From: Bugula neritina
Lineage: Eukaryota > Animalia > Bryozoa
Reading direction: 5' to 3'
Assembly (NCBI GenBank): GCA_964035545.1
Contig: OZ037772.1
Coordinates: 2,294,001 to 2,358,000 of the forward strand
Length of the DNA stretch: 64,000 bases
In this document: piece after piece, positions 14,145 through 27,728 of the stretch
How positions within the stretch are numbered: position 1 is the first letter of the stretch
How the letters are laid out: every line of letters begins with the position of its first letter
The notes under the pieces: generated by a model
The model's input: the letters and a program-made list of their open reading frames with translations, nothing else
Told to the model about the DNA's origin: nothing
Databases searched by the model: none
Program-made: the position numbers and the translations under genes

Positions 14145-15902
14145 ATGTACTTGACAGCTGTCAACAGATGTGCCCAAGGTGCCCTTGCTCAATGTATCCA
14201 TACATCTACAGAGAAGCTGACTGCAACCTTTTCATCCATAGACTATATGTGCAATAGTAAGTGTATGCGACATATTCTATCATGCTGGTGGGACTTGAGT
14301 GTAGCTTTAGTTCTTATGAAGACTCTCATACTAATGGTGCGGTGTAGTGGTGTCTCTTTATGGTAGGATGCTTGCATAGTTTTGAGGTACATAGCTTATA
14401 AAATGAGCTCATGCTCACCTGCTAGCCTAAGTCATATATAATTTATGAGTCACACTAGGCAAAGAGTGTCGGAATCTTTGATCAAGTGACAGTAGAACTC
14501 TCACCTTTGTATAAATTTGCTAACCAAGTACCTGTCATTTGATGTCACTAGCAACTGGTCTCACATATGTCAACGAATAGCAGGTGGTAGTTATTTCATG
14601 TTGTGCAGGTGCCGGCAACTGCCACGCTGAAGAGGATATTTATGGTGCTGTTAACAGAGTCTTCAACCAAGTGCAATCCTTTCTGATCAGTTATAGAGAT
14701 GATATTGAGAACACCTTCAAACTGGTGAGTACCAGCTTCATACTCTGACTGTTAATTATCTTTGTATTGCTAGTTATCCCCAGCACTTTGTCTTGTCACT
14801 TGTTGCCATGTGTGGGCAGTGCACCAGGTGCTTGGCCTGTGGGTGGTCTGAGTATGGAGCACTGCTTGTCACAGCCACCCGCAGTGCAGAGTGAGTCGAC
14901 ATGTGATGTCATATTTGACTGTTACATCACGCTATCAGTGGGAAGCAGTAGTGAATATCACCCACCTGACAACCACCTGTTATTGAATGTATTCTCTGTT
15001 TAGTTATTCATTTTTATTCGCTCTGTCGTCTTTTTACAGTTGGAAGGTATGAAACCTACCGACATAGACCCGTGCCTGCAATATGATATGTGCTCTCAGG
15101 CTATAGCTAGTCTCAACAGTATTGGAGATAACCTCAGTGCTCTGTTCAAACTGATGTTTACTCAGGGTGAGTGCGTTAGACTCCCACAAATCAAATTCAA
15201 ATATCTAATGATTACTATTAATAGAGCCTTTAATTCTCATTAGGATTGTTATATCTTCCATTACTATTAACAGACGTTAGTTTGAGCTTCTGATACAGTT
15301 CATGTACGTTTCCTTTATGGAAGTACAATGACCCGTTTCCTGTCTTCAGGCAAGGAGTACGACAGAGCTATCTTTCTCAGAGCCGCCAACACCATGAGAA
15401 GAAGTTGTTGTAACTTAGCCTCGGATTCTTCTCTTGACATCACGCCTCTGCTAGGGGCGGTGAATCATCTCTTCCCCATATATTTCAGACCTTCGACCCA
15501 AAAGAGTTCTGCCCCAAGTTGCCAACACAAAAAAGGTAACGCTTAGCATCTACTTGGTGCAAGTCATGTACATGGATAGTATAATATGATAATATACCAT
15601 ATTTATAACATAGTATGATTATAATATAATATAATGATAATATGGCATATAAACAATATAATATATCATGTAATATGATTATTATATAATCAGGTGATAA
15701 TATAATTATAATATGCTATAGTCGTCCTGGCATAGCAGCGTTAGAATCTGTAGAATTTTTTTTAATAATATCTGTTCACTTTTGATCAAATTGAGTAAAA
15801 TTTCCAATTATTTCTCTTTTCAACTCCTGCTTTGTAGATGAAGTGTGTTTTACCTCCCTCCCCAGAGAGCTCTGTGGTCTCCTCGTCTCCTTCCTCTTCT
15901 AG
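14145..15902 (+). CDS. Uncharacterised Cys-containing protein, spliced. Exons ~14145/14158-14256, 14609-14724, 15040-15166, 15350-15535, 15838-15902; 5' end unresolved
   Basis: Four GT-AG introns with matching phases (1,0,1,1) join ...AVNRCAQGALAQCIHT...DYMCN/SAGNCHAEEDIYGAVNRVFNQ...FKL/LEGMKPTDIDPCLQYDMC...TQ/GKEYDRAIFLRAANTMRRSCCNL...HKK/DEVCFTSLPRELCGLLVSFLF*. No family recognised. Confidence 0.6.
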
Positions 15903-16903
15903 TACAAAAGTGTGCTCAAACTAGCCGCCATGTTTGAGAATGACAAGTCGTGATCTAAAACTACTTTCTTCCAGTTGACCTTGACATTGCGGTGCTGGCC
16001 GTGACCTCCATTTCCTTCCTCTTCTAGCTGACATTTCCTTCTATAGCTCCATGTGAGCATACTAAATTATATTGTTTCTCTTAATACAAATAGTTATATA
16101 TACAATAATGCCTTGCAAAGATATTATGTTTGTGTGAAAATGAAAAGCTTTAACAGTATTAAACTGTTACTTTTTATTCTGTACATTACCTATTTTTTCT
16201 ATGTGTACTTATATTGACATTTTACACCTCTTGGTATTTTATTCATTGGTTTTGATATTATTTCTGCTGACCTGGTATTTGTTAGCCATATTGTAGTTCA
16301 GTGTTGCTTTGTTTCCACAGGCTTTCTTTTTCCTGATTCGTCATTTTATACAGCAATGTCATCTGATAACCCATCCAGTTGAATACGTTTTGTTTCCTTC
16401 TCATTTTATTTGTAATTCTTCAGCTGCAGCATGCACATGTTTATTTACAGATATAATTTTGTATACCATATAATGAATTGACTTCCATGATCAGCGTGTA
16501 TAATAAACATTTATTTATAAGAAAATACAAATATAATATTATGTTCTATTTAAAAAAATAATAAACTATTCTGCTTTGAGTAGTAATTAAGCATTATATC
16601 AAATTCCACCAAAGCTTCTGCTAAGTTAATGCTATCATAACATAACTAAAGTATTGGATTCCTAAAATAAGAAATCTAAAAATTGTGTCCCCATTCTTAC
16701 AACCCTGTATATAATAGTCAATAGTCACAACTCTTATGTAAACACTTCTTATAAAACAGCTGTCTGTATGAGAAATGTCTCAAAGCTGTGTAGCTTTCCA
16801 GCCCTTTCTCTTCACAGTTGTGTTGTGGTTACCAGAACAAGGTAAGCATGCGATTTTCCTTACTGAATAATCACTATACTCGGCAATTTTTCCTTTTCTG
16901 TAG

Positions 16904-17157
16904 CTAAAACTTTGACCAGCTGCGTTGGAGTTTGCTGATCTCCCTGGAGAGGTTTTCCCACAATGCTGAATTGTTTTCTCTTTGCTTATAATATTTGATT
17001 GGTTGCTCTTTGCTCAGTACTACAGGTTCAGTTTTGTGCAGTATGGCAGGTTTGTTTCTATCTGGTATAGCAGGTCTGTAGCTACTTAGTATGACAGGTC
17101 TGTTTTCATTGGACATGGTAGGCGTGGCTTTTCCTTTGTGGCTCTCTCTTCTTTCCT
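16904..17157 (-). CDS. Possible terminal coding exon of an unknown minus-strand gene (candidate upstream exon ~18347-18452)
   Basis: Acceptor-like TTTGTTCAG|GAAAG followed by an open frame ...ESHKGKATPTMSNENRPVIL...REISKLQRSWSKF*. Confidence 0.3.
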
Positions 17158-17449
17158 GAACAAAGTATGCAGGTCTATGATATACTTTATTGAAAACAAA
17201 TTGATTTTCGGTTAGTGTGTGTTCTCTTTAAAATAATTTTTATAACTTTCATATATTAGACTGAAAGAAAAACTTTGCATAAACGACTATAAAGTGCTTT
17301 GTGATCTCCACCAATCCATTTAGTAGTGTATAATAACTCGCTATTTATTATAATGCAGCTACATGCCATAGCAAAATTAGTAAAAGCTTATACTAAACAG
17401 TATTTACTACTAGTTGCATGAATGTTATTTTCTTTATGTACGAGCATGT

Positions 17450-17765
<316 letters not shown>

Positions 17766-19200
17766 TTATAATTCTTTTCCTTTACAGACAAGAAGACTTA
17801 AAAGGAAGCTCAACATCATTAACATGGCACCTTGGTATTTATTGTTGAATTTATAAATAAGTCAAATGAAATGCATTCAAAAACACAAATTGTTCTTGTA
17901 ATAATATACTCAAAACAAAAGGTGTACAGGTTATTATGTCTTGCAATAAATGGATTAATAATATAATATATCAAAGCCTGTCAGCATTCCTGGTGATGCC
18001 AGAAAAGTCAGGAGCATATTATTACATGCCAAATTATCTCCATGTTGGAAACATACATGAGAGGCACGGTCTTATAAACTATATATAAAACCATAGAGAC
18101 AAGTTATATGCTGAACTAACAGCTTAATATTGTATAAAAGAAGACTGTTACTTTACACATAGCAGTGCAAGAGAAAACCCGTGAGCTCATGTCAGATTGC
18201 CCAGTGATGGTGCAGGGCTCCTGCTGTAGCACCTGCTTTCTCAAGTCAACAATGTGATATATTATTGGTGCATCACTTGAGATGATCTGATTGGCTGACG
18301 AATGAAAAGGATATGTTAAGTTGGCACTGGAAGTGATGGCTCACACCTGTGTGACCTTGTGCTGAGCAGCGTGTGAGAGGTAGTGAGGAATAGATGGAGA
18401 GACTCGAGAGTTGTCTCCGACAGCATCATACGCTGTCTTATGTTTGAGATGCCTGTGAGGCACATGAGAGCTGAGTGTGCCTGCAACAGTAGCAGTAGTT
18501 TTGTCCTACTACAGCTAGTAGTATATATGAGGTTTTCACTTCACCTTCTCAAGACTTGTGACCAACTCTGGTGCATAAGTAGAGTATGATGCTCATTTAC
18601 CACTAAATAAACTACTATGTTAACTATAGAGAGCCGATTTAATCTTTATTTCTAACACACAAAAAACTGAGATATAAAATGAGTGATTTATGACCAAAAT
18701 ATTCTTATTGATTCTTAGAGAGAAAGTCACCAAGCAGTTAACTTACTATAAGAATCGTCTTTCGTAAACTCGAAAATAACTAATAGACAAACCAATACTC
18801 AAGACATCTATAAAGCCCTTGTATACAACATTTACATACCTGTGTACTCTGGGAAATGATCTAACAAATTGTGCAGTACATGCAGGATAACTCAGTTCAG
18901 AAGGCTAAGAATATTCCATTCACCTTCAACAGCTTTCATACTCTCAGCCCTCAATTTTTGGGGACAAAAATTAGAAATATGAAAAAACAAATAGAAAATA
19001 TTTTTAATTACCTAACCCTAAAAACTTTTCCACACAGGATATTTGAGTCTGCCAGTTATTACCCATTACCACCAGGGTTTGAGAAATTGTAATTTGTAAT
19101 TAGTTGTGATCAATTAATTTTTTTCAAGTAATTGAATGTAATTTGTGACATATGTATAAAACTGTAATTGTAGAACATATATGACACATCTAGAAATGAA

Positions 19201-22200
19201 TAGTGGGGGTGCCAACATGCAAAAATGGGCGGGTGGAGCACATCAATACTAACCTTTGTTGCTATATATCACTGCAAAGCCAACATTCTACTGATCTCAG
19301 ATCTACAAGTACCTTTTTTGTATCTAGGGGGGTTCTCTCGTGAGAGGGGTGGATATACAGGGGTTCAGCATTTTTCAAGGGGGGACTATGGAACTCTAAA
19401 TATTTAATTTTCTGAGTAGTTTAAGTTTGACATTAAAAATATTTTCAAGGAATGTTGTACACATATGAAAATTTTTCTAACAAAAGTTTTGACCAAAAAT
19501 AAAAAAGTGGGCGGAGCCTATAATATGACAAACTACTTTTTTGCATATACCGGATATTCTCTAAACTGCTACTTTTCTGTTCTAGCATTTAGAATGTTGA
19601 TTTTTAGTATGAAAATACTCTATTGTGTTCTAATAATGCTCTCCAATTTTCATTACATTATGAACTATATAACATCTTTCCCAACCATGACAAATAAAAA
19701 ACATAAAACGGGAGTTATCTCCTCCGTTATAAATTATTGCATTTCTACCCAATTATATTGCTGTTTGTTGATAGGAACAACATCAGCATGATAAAAATGT
19801 ATTCTTAGTGTATTTATATTAGCTTATTGACTTATTTTGAATAATTGATCACGATCAATACTATTAAGTATTTATATTCAATATTTACTGTATAAATTGA
19901 GTGTCAGCAATAATTAACAGACCACTAATATTCGATTTTTTTATCCATAAGTATAGTAACATAAAATATGGTTCATAAAAAAGTAATATTATGATTTCAG
20001 CATCACAAGCAATTACTATGCTCTTTTATATCAGATATTGGTAGACATTTGTAATTGTATTTATTTATAAATAAGATAGTATTTAAAATTTTAATTTACA
20101 ATAGATCAAGCTTTATTACAAAGTTTTGTTATCTCTAGCGTTTATATACCAAATTTAATATATTATAATTCTTCATCAGAACTGTGTTTGTTGCCATCAT
20201 CATCATAATCAGGTTGTCTGTTTGAAAAAGAAGACTGGCCACTTTTGTTGTTGCAATCGAAACATTCACATAAACCACAGCATTTCATCATCAGTCTTGC
20301 ATTTGCATGCTTTACTCTTACAGCCTGCTTTTTTTGCATTTACATGCTGTTGAAATCACATCTGTGTTGCTTTCAAAATCATATTTTATTGGAGCCAAGT
20401 TAGTATCCCAACCATGGTCAAAAATTGGCCGATGAAGTAAAATAGGTGTAAAAGCAAGTTGCCAAAGTGTAACTTGATAATTGGCTCGTTTCACGTGATA
20501 TTCTAGAGAATTCCTACTAGGTGGTAGCTGTGCTTCACTGGAGACATTTTTAAAGCCAATATTGCTTCAGTGATATCATCATCGGCACCATATAGGTTGG
20601 AGACAAATCATTCACACTCTAAGTATGTTTCTTCTGATACTGGGGACCAATCATCAGAACCTAAAGACAGATTATAGCTTTCCTTTTCAAATACCTCCAA
20701 AGCACGCTTTTTAGATATTCGGAAGATAAAACTTATTGAGTCACAACCTGTAAGTGCATGGTGTGATAACAGATTCTTGAGAAATTTTTGTAGATTTTTT
20801 TGGCTAATTCAAAAAGAGATATATATCTTCTGTGACTCCCCATTCCAACGAAGATTACTACATCTTTATTAGCCTGCTCAGTTAAAACATTACTAAGATG
20901 ATGTTAAGCGCAATAATAGCAACATCGGTATCTACTGATCTTATTACTACCAAATTGTTATCACTCAGTGCATCAGCTGCGTGAAGGATTAATCTTGTGT
21001 CTGCTTCATCATGATTGGATGTCAATTTGTTACAATTGTAACGATAATGGTTTTGCAGAACACAGACTTCTTTGACGCTACACACTAAAAATGTACCAGC
21101 TGGAATTTTCTCAATATGTCTACTCCATGCACCTTTACTATGTAATCTACCAACTCATTTTTGTTGTGAATATTGCTCAGAAAAGCACTCCAGTTTTTAG
21201 GAACAGGCAGGTTGTTATGAATAATGGAAATAGAACACATCTATTGGGCACCCCGTCTAATACGCTCTTGTGCTTTAATTGATGTTTCAGAATACACGTC
21301 AAACATTACATCAACCCTTGTATATCCTTTGCCACATTCAAGAAATATTTCCAACATCTTCAGAGCATAGCTATAAGAATTTGTTGGTGAACAGTTGACT
21401 ATTATCATTGGAGACCCTGTTTCCAAGATCTTTCTGTTCCAAAATAAGCATTAGTTGCAATTTGCATGTTTTTACTCATCTGTCCGTTTTCAGTAAATAG
21501 AGCAAGAGGAATGGGACCAATTTCTTTCTCTAGAACTGTATGCAAATCTTTGGCACTTTTCGCACTTATGAGAAGTTCAGCAAATGATATTTTAGGAACA
21601 TTTGGTTTAATAGCTGGTTGAAGTGATTTAGCCACAAAGTCAAAGGAAAGAATTTTAAGCCGGTGAATAGCAGTGTAAAATGGTTTTATTGTATTCAAAA
21701 GTCTATCTTGAAAAAACTTTTGAGCCATTTCTCCTCCCTGAGCCATAGCAGTCACTATTGACAAGAAGGTCTCAGCATCAGGACTTACTCCAGTAGCAAT
21801 ATTAATAAGTTTAGTTGAATTATTGCTAAACAACTTAACATCAAACTGCTGCAATGTAAAAAGAATTGCTTGTATATCAATCTCATCCGTCATAGTTGTA
21901 ATGATTGTGTCTTCCTTGTGTAGTGTTGATGACTGTGAGGCTATTTGGCAAAAATCCTTTTGCAAAGAAAGCAGTTGGGCTCTGATATGACTAGTCAAAA
22001 ACCATTTTGTCCGAGCTTCTTCATGGTTGCTAATGCCAATAATACCTCCAGATGTTTTACTGTCTCGGTTCAAAGTTTGCTCCAAGACCTGATCTGGAGC
22101 CATATCTGCATTTTTTTTTCCTGTCCTGTTTATGGTGAATGAACTCTTTGCAAACATTCCATAAACTTTTGGAGCAGATTCAGGCAAATTTAGCATATCA

Positions 22201-24313
22201 ATAAGGTATATAGGCAGCCACCTTGAGTAGTTTGTGCGATCATACGCAAAAATACTGGTAGCATTGCCTGCATACTGTCCAAATATAATTGCCAGTTGCC
22301 ACTACGCTCAGCTCGAATAAATCCCAACATGTCTTCTACTGCATGAAGGTAGGAATTCCAGAACATTGAAAGGTTAGATTTTAATTTAGTATCATAATCA
22401 AGCTTTTTATAGCAGTAGCAACTTTATCTGCGACAGTGGTCCATTCCCGTAAGTTATCAATAGAAATAGTATGATAATCTAATGGGTCAAACTGATCATT
22501 TTCTTGAAGCCATTCCGAAAGAGATTTTAGTTTCTGCCTTGATATTGCCTCATACAAAATCTTGTTTGCCCGTACACCTCTGTTATAATGCTTACCACAT
22601 AGCAACTGTTTCACTGTAACTTCAGAATATATATCACTGTGTACAAGAACTTGAGCGAGGCCGCTTGATTTTACCATTTTGCAAAGTGCTGCCATGTAAT
22701 TCATCAAGATATGAAAACCGCCCATTCGAATTATTGTGTTTGAAAATTCAGTTGGTTTGTTCCATTGAATCTCTTTGGCAATCTTGTAGATAGCTTGGTC
22801 AAATGTAATTACTGAATGTTTCTGATTAAAAACTTTCATAGTTTTCTTTAGCTGCAGAAGGATTGTATAAATTGTTGATGGATCTGTTGATGGTGCATTA
22901 ATCATTGGGCAATACCCAATGACTGATCTTTTATTATCTTCTGTGGAAACCAATTTTCTTACATTAAAGCTACTCCAGCTGGGGCAGTTATGTGTAGAAG
23001 GACTTATATCCAATTGAAATAGTTTGATTGGGGCAAGTCTTGCCAATAGCCATGCTGTATTTAGATTACATGAATTCTCAAGTGACTTTTTCATATTCAG
23101 CAATGTCTCTTGACTAAGTTTTGTGATATATAAAATATGATTTTGAGAGCAACACAGATGTAATTTTAACAGCATGTAAATGCAAAAAAGCAGGCTGTAG
23201 GAGTAAAGCATGATGATGAATGATGATGAAATGCTGTGGTTTATGTGAATGTTTCGATTGCAACAACAAAAGTGGCCAGTCTTCTTTTTCAAACAAAGAG
23301 CCTGATTATGATGATGATGGCAACAAACACAGTTCTGATGAAGAATTATAATATATTAAATTTGGTATATAAACGCTAGAGATAACAAAACTTTGTAATA
23401 AAGCTTGATCTATTGTAAATTAAAATTTTAAATACTATCTTATTTATAAATAAATACAATTACAAATGTCTACCAATATCTGATATAAAAGAGCATAGTA
23501 ATTGCTTGTGATGCTGAAATCATAATATTACTTTTTTATGAACCATATTTTATGTTACTATACTTATGGATGAAAAAATCGAATATTAGTGGTCTGTTAA
23601 TTATTGCTGACACTCAATTTATACAGTAAATATTGAATATTAATACTTAATAGTATTGATCGTGATCAATTATTCAAAATAAGTCAATAAGCTAATATAA
23701 ATACACTAAGAATACATTTTTATCATGCTGATGTTGTTCCTATCAACAAACAGCAATATAATTGGGTAGAAATGCAATAATTTATAACGGAGGAGATAAC
23801 TCCCGTTTTATGTTTTTTATTTGTCATGGTTGGGAAAGATGTTATATAGTTCAGAATGTAATGAAAATTGGAGAGCATTATTAGAACACAATAGAGTATT
23901 TTCATACTAAAAATCAACATTCTAAATGCTAGAACAGAAAAGTAGCAGTTTAGAGAATATCCGGTATATGCAAAAAAGTAGTTTGTCATATTATAGGCTC
24001 CGCCCACTTTTTTATTTTTGGTCAAAACTTTTGTTAGAAAAATTTTCATATGTGTACAACATTCCTTGAAAATATTTTTAATGTCAAACTTAAACTACTC
24101 AGAAAATTAAATATTTAGAGTTCCATAGTCCCCCCTTGAAATATGCCGAACCCCTGTATATCCACCCCTCTCACGAGAGAACCCCTCTAGATACAAAAAA
24201 AGTACTTGTAGATCTGAGATCAGTAGAATGTTGGCTTTGCAGTGATATATAGCAACAAAGGTTAGTATTGATGTGCTCCACCCGCCCATTTTTGCATGTT
24301 GGCACCCCCACTA
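19201..24313 (-). mobile_element. Academ (AcademX-type) DNA transposon derivative with ~1.19-kb inverted arms
   Basis: Termini 5'-TAGTGGGGG...CCCCCACTA-3' with a 3-bp TSD GAA (19198-19200 and 24314-24316); TAG...CTA ends and 3-4-bp TSDs are established Academ hallmarks. Arms 19201-20389 and 23130-24313 are near-identical inverted copies. Confidence 0.88.
20163..23129 (-). pseudogene. Academ transposase, 5'-truncated and frameshifted: transposase core + XPG/FEN-like nuclease + C-terminal Cys-rich (CXC-like) finger
   Basis: Core: WSSFN, IGYCPMINAPST, VITFDQAIY, IIRMGGFH, GKHYNRG, DQVLEQTLNRDSKTSGGIIG. XPG-like: SNHDEADTRLILHA, RSVDTDV, HALTGCDS, LPPS...HVKRANYQ. C-terminal: CKCKKAGCKSKACKC...CCGLCECFDCNN. 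Confidence 0.85.
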
Positions 24314-24629
24314 GAAATCGGGTTTTAGAATTGCATATCTATTATATTTCAAAGTTTAAATCTTAAAACAAAATTTATACTTGTTCTACCATACCAAGTA
24401 TTTAATTAAACAAGTTCAGAATAATTCAATGCAGTATTGTATCCACTAGTAATCACTGCTGAGAACAAAGGAGATTAACCAATGTTAAAATTGCCTCACA
24501 TAGTTTGACCCCAGGAGTAAGATTTTATAACTTATATTTATCCCTTGTGAGAACCTAATTAAATGTAGTTAATAACATTCATATATGTAATGGGGCTCCC
24601 GGCATTAACACTCATTATAATATCAGTTG

Positions 24630-27600
24630 GCAGTTGGCTCTCGCAGAGGGAGGTTGTGTTTTCAATGCTCTCTGTATTCTAGTACTTAGCTTTAATGCTT
24701 TTACTGTTGACATTGTGGCGCAGTTATTGCAGCCTTTGTTTATGCTGGCTTATAATCACCCTCATTTACAAGCCAAGAGGAGTGAAAGGCCTTGAACATA
24801 TTATTATGGATTATCAAGCTCTGTTGGATATTAAAAGCTCTATGACTCGACATCAGCTGAAAGATATTTGGAACACTAACTACAAACACGCAGTAAAGGA
24901 TATTGATCCGAGACTTCTTCGATCTAGAAAGAGGGGCAAGCGTGGCGGAGTTAGAGTCAACCACAGTACTAAAACTGGTAAAGTACCATTACCTGCAGTT
25001 GTGCTCACTAATGCACAATCTGTAAGAAATAAACTCGACGAACTCCATGGTCTCCTTAAAACTAAAAGACTTAGTAACCAATCTCAGCTTATTTGTATAA
25101 CAGAATCCTGGCTTACTCCAGATGTGCTACATTCAAGAACTGAGCTTGAAGGTTATGAGCAGTTCCGTATGGACAGACTTCCAGATGCTAGCGGTAAAAC
25201 CTGTGGAGGAGGCATTCTAGTCTATATTGACAACAAATGGTCAACAAATAACAATCTTATATTCAACTATATGGACAATCACTGTGAAATTATGACAATT
25301 AAATCAAGACCTCACTGGCTTCCAAGAGAGTTTACTTCAATTATCACTGTTTCATGCTATACTCCCTTCACCGGTGCTTCTAGACTAAAACAAAATGCTT
25401 CATCCACAGCTAAAACAATATCAACACATGTTAAAGAACTAGAAAAAAAGCACCCTGATTCTTGCATTTTTGTAATGGGGGACTTTAATCAGCTTCCGAT
25501 TAAACTTGATGGATACTATCAAACAGTCAAAACACCTACCCGCAACAATAAAATTCTTGATAAATGCTATATCAGAATCAAAGATGCCTTCAAACAATGC
25601 CATCAACTTGCAAAGCTTGGTGGGTCAGATCACTTTATAACACATCTCATACCAACCTACACACCATTATCTAAATACAAACCAACTCGAGTCACCAGAC
25701 GTATATATTCTGAAGAGAACTGTGAAAAGCTGAAAGCAGCATTGGACATTACTATCTGGAATAATCTGCTCTCTGATGATGATAACATCCATCAACAAAC
25801 TGAAATTGTAACAGACTATATAAACTTCTGCACAGATATCTGCATACCTTCGAAAAGCTTCAGAACATGTACCAATCAGAAACCTTGGATTACTAAACAT
25901 ATTACAGAAATGATCTATCAAAAACAAGTAGCCCACAAAGATGGAAACCATAAACTATATAATAAGCTCAAACGTGACATCACCAGATCTATAACCAACA
26001 GCAAAGTTAATTACTCTAAGAAAATTCAACTACAATTAGCAAATCAACCAGCCAAAGCATGGATTGATATAAAGAAAATAAGTGGTCTACCACACAGCAA
26101 GACAACTACTGCTAAAGCTAACCCATTTACACCTGATGACCTAAATACCTTCTTCACCCGATATGAAAAGCCTATATCTCATCAGCCTGTTTTTGATAGA
26201 AACATTATCAGTGCACCTCCATTGGAAATATCAGAAGACGCTGTTCTCAAACAGCTAAAGGGACTAAACTCACGAAAAGATGCAGGTCCTGATGGTCTCA
26301 TTCCGAAAGTTTTAAAAATCTGCTGCTATCAACTAGCACCTGTCTTTACAAAACTGTTTACTTTCTCCATCCAATCTAAGACAACTCCAAATTCATGGAA
26401 ATCTGCAATGATCAAGCCACTTCCTAAAGTCAAAAATCCTGAACTACTTAAACAATATCGTCCAATTGCTCTCACAAGCTGTATATGCAAAATGCTGGAA
26501 AGGCTCATCAAACACTACATTATAACTCATACACCTATGGACAAATATCAGTTCGCATATCGTACAAATCGGTCTACACAAGATGCCCTGTTATGTCTAA
26601 CTACTACTGTGACAAGTTTCATTGATAAGAAAGCATCCAATTACGCAAGGTGCCTCTTTCTAGACTTCTCTTCTGCATTCAATACTATATCTATTCCAGA
26701 CCTCATTACGCAACTAACTCATCTTGACTCCAATGTTACTGAGTGGATTTACAGCTTTCTTACAAACAGAGTACAGCGCACAGTAGTGGATGGCATAACA
26801 TCAAATCCAATCATAACTAACACAGGAACTCCCCAAGGGTGCTGTTTATCTCCACTATTGTTTTCTATCTACACTAATAGGATTACCTCAAGCCAGAGCA
26901 ACATCACTGTAGTTGAATATGCAGATGACACTTGCATTATTGGCTGCATTGGCAAACACTCTGATCTAAATATTTACTTTGACGAGATTAAAAGAATTTC
27001 TAAGCAATGTGACGATTTAAATCTATTATTAAACCCTAGCAAGACCCAAGAAATGATGTTCTCAACCCAACGTGCGAAACCTCATACCCCTACTCTTGTA
27101 TTGAATGAAACAAACATTGTATTGTCTGAAAAAGTGAGATATCTTGGTGTGTTAGTGGATCAAAATTTGAGATTTCATGAACATGTACAATCAGTAGTAA
27201 CAACAGTATCAAGAAGAATGTATATTGTGAAGAATTTTGCGAATCTTAGCTCTAAACCTCTAGCAAATATGTTATTCAAAAGTTTCATCATGTCCCGCAT
27301 CGCCTATTGTCTACCTACTATTTTTACTTGTATCTATGCCAGTGATAAAAAGGCTATTCGAAGAATTCTCAAAGATTGCTCAAAACTCGGAATTGAGTAT
27401 CTAAACATTGATTTGCACATTCAGAAACTCACTAAAGAACTTGCCATCAAATATATAATAGACAATGACCATTTCATCAATAACTTTCTGAGTCAATGCC
27501 CTTCTGGAAGATATCGAACCATCAAATATAGAGGGGCATGGGGCAGAGATAGCTTCTTGCGACATCTTGTAAATACTTTAAATGAGCTTCTATTTTAAAT

Positions 27601-27728
27601 AATCCAACAGAGTTTTGATTTTTTTCTCTTATTTTTGTTCATTCCTACTTATTATAGCCAGTATTTACACTGAATTTTGCAACGTGTTGTCATGTTTGTG
27701 ATATGTAATAAATCAATCAATCAATCAA
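24630..27728 (+). mobile_element. Rex1/Babar-type non-LTR retrotransposon, apparently full-length
   Basis: Single long ORF, short 3' UTR with AATAAA followed by a (TCAA)n tail at ~27707-27728; no clear TSD; 5' boundary approximate. Confidence 0.85.
24695..27598 (+). CDS. Intact APE endonuclease-reverse transcriptase (967 aa), Rex1/Babar-like
   Basis: RKRGKRGG, LPAVVLTNAQSVRNKLDEL, ITESWL, RPHWLPREF, GDFN, SDH, NQKPWIT; RT motifs YRPIALTS, FLDFSSAFNT, GTPQGCCLSP, EYADDT, YLGV. Confidence 0.95.
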   Translation: MLLLLTLWRSYCSLCLCWLIITLIYKPRGVKGLEHIIMDYQALLDIKSSMTRHQLKDIWNTNYKHAVKDIDPRLLRSRKRGKRGGVRVNHSTKTGKVPLPAVVLTNAQSVRNKLDELHGLLKTKRLSNQSQLICITESWLTPDVLHSRTELEGYEQFRMDRLPDASGKTCGGGILVYIDNKWSTNNNLIFNYMDNHCEIMTIKSRPHWLPREFTSIITVSCYTPFTGASRLKQNASSTAKTISTHVKELEKKHPDSCIFVMGDFNQLPIKLDGYYQTVKTPTRNNKILDKCYIRIKDAFKQCHQLAKLGGSDHFITHLIPTYTPLSKYKPTRVTRRIYSEENCEKLKAALDITIWNNLLSDDDNIHQQTEIVTDYINFCTDICIPSKSFRTCTNQKPWITKHITEMIYQKQVAHKDGNHKLYNKLKRDITRSITNSKVNYSKKIQLQLANQPAKAWIDIKKISGLPHSKTTTAKANPFTPDDLNTFFTRYEKPISHQPVFDRNIISAPPLEISEDAVLKQLKGLNSRKDAGPDGLIPKVLKICCYQLAPVFTKLFTFSIQSKTTPNSWKSAMIKPLPKVKNPELLKQYRPIALTSCICKMLERLIKHYIITHTPMDKYQFAYRTNRSTQDALLCLTTTVTSFIDKKASNYARCLFLDFSSAFNTISIPDLITQLTHLDSNVTEWIYSFLTNRVQRTVVDGITSNPIITNTGTPQGCCLSPLLFSIYTNRITSSQSNITVVEYADDTCIIGCIGKHSDLNIYFDEIKRISKQCDDLNLLLNPSKTQEMMFSTQRAKPHTPTLVLNETNIVLSEKVRYLGVLVDQNLRFHEHVQSVVTTVSRRMYIVKNFANLSSKPLANMLFKSFIMSRIAYCLPTIFTCIYASDKKAIRRILKDCSKLGIEYLNIDLHIQKLTKELAIKYIIDNDHFINNFLSQCPSGRYRTIKYRGAWGRDSFLRHLVNTLNELLF

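Noticed and set aside
22381-23292. N-terminus of ORF 22381-23292 (MKKKTGHFCCC...) as the true transposase start
   Set aside because: The first ~55 codons are the antisense of the duplicated 3' arm; transposase similarity starts only after the ~23130 junction.
19225-24289. Mirror-image ORF pairs (19225/24107, 19465/23723) as duplicated genes
   Set aside because: They are chance frames in the non-coding part of the Academ inverted arms.
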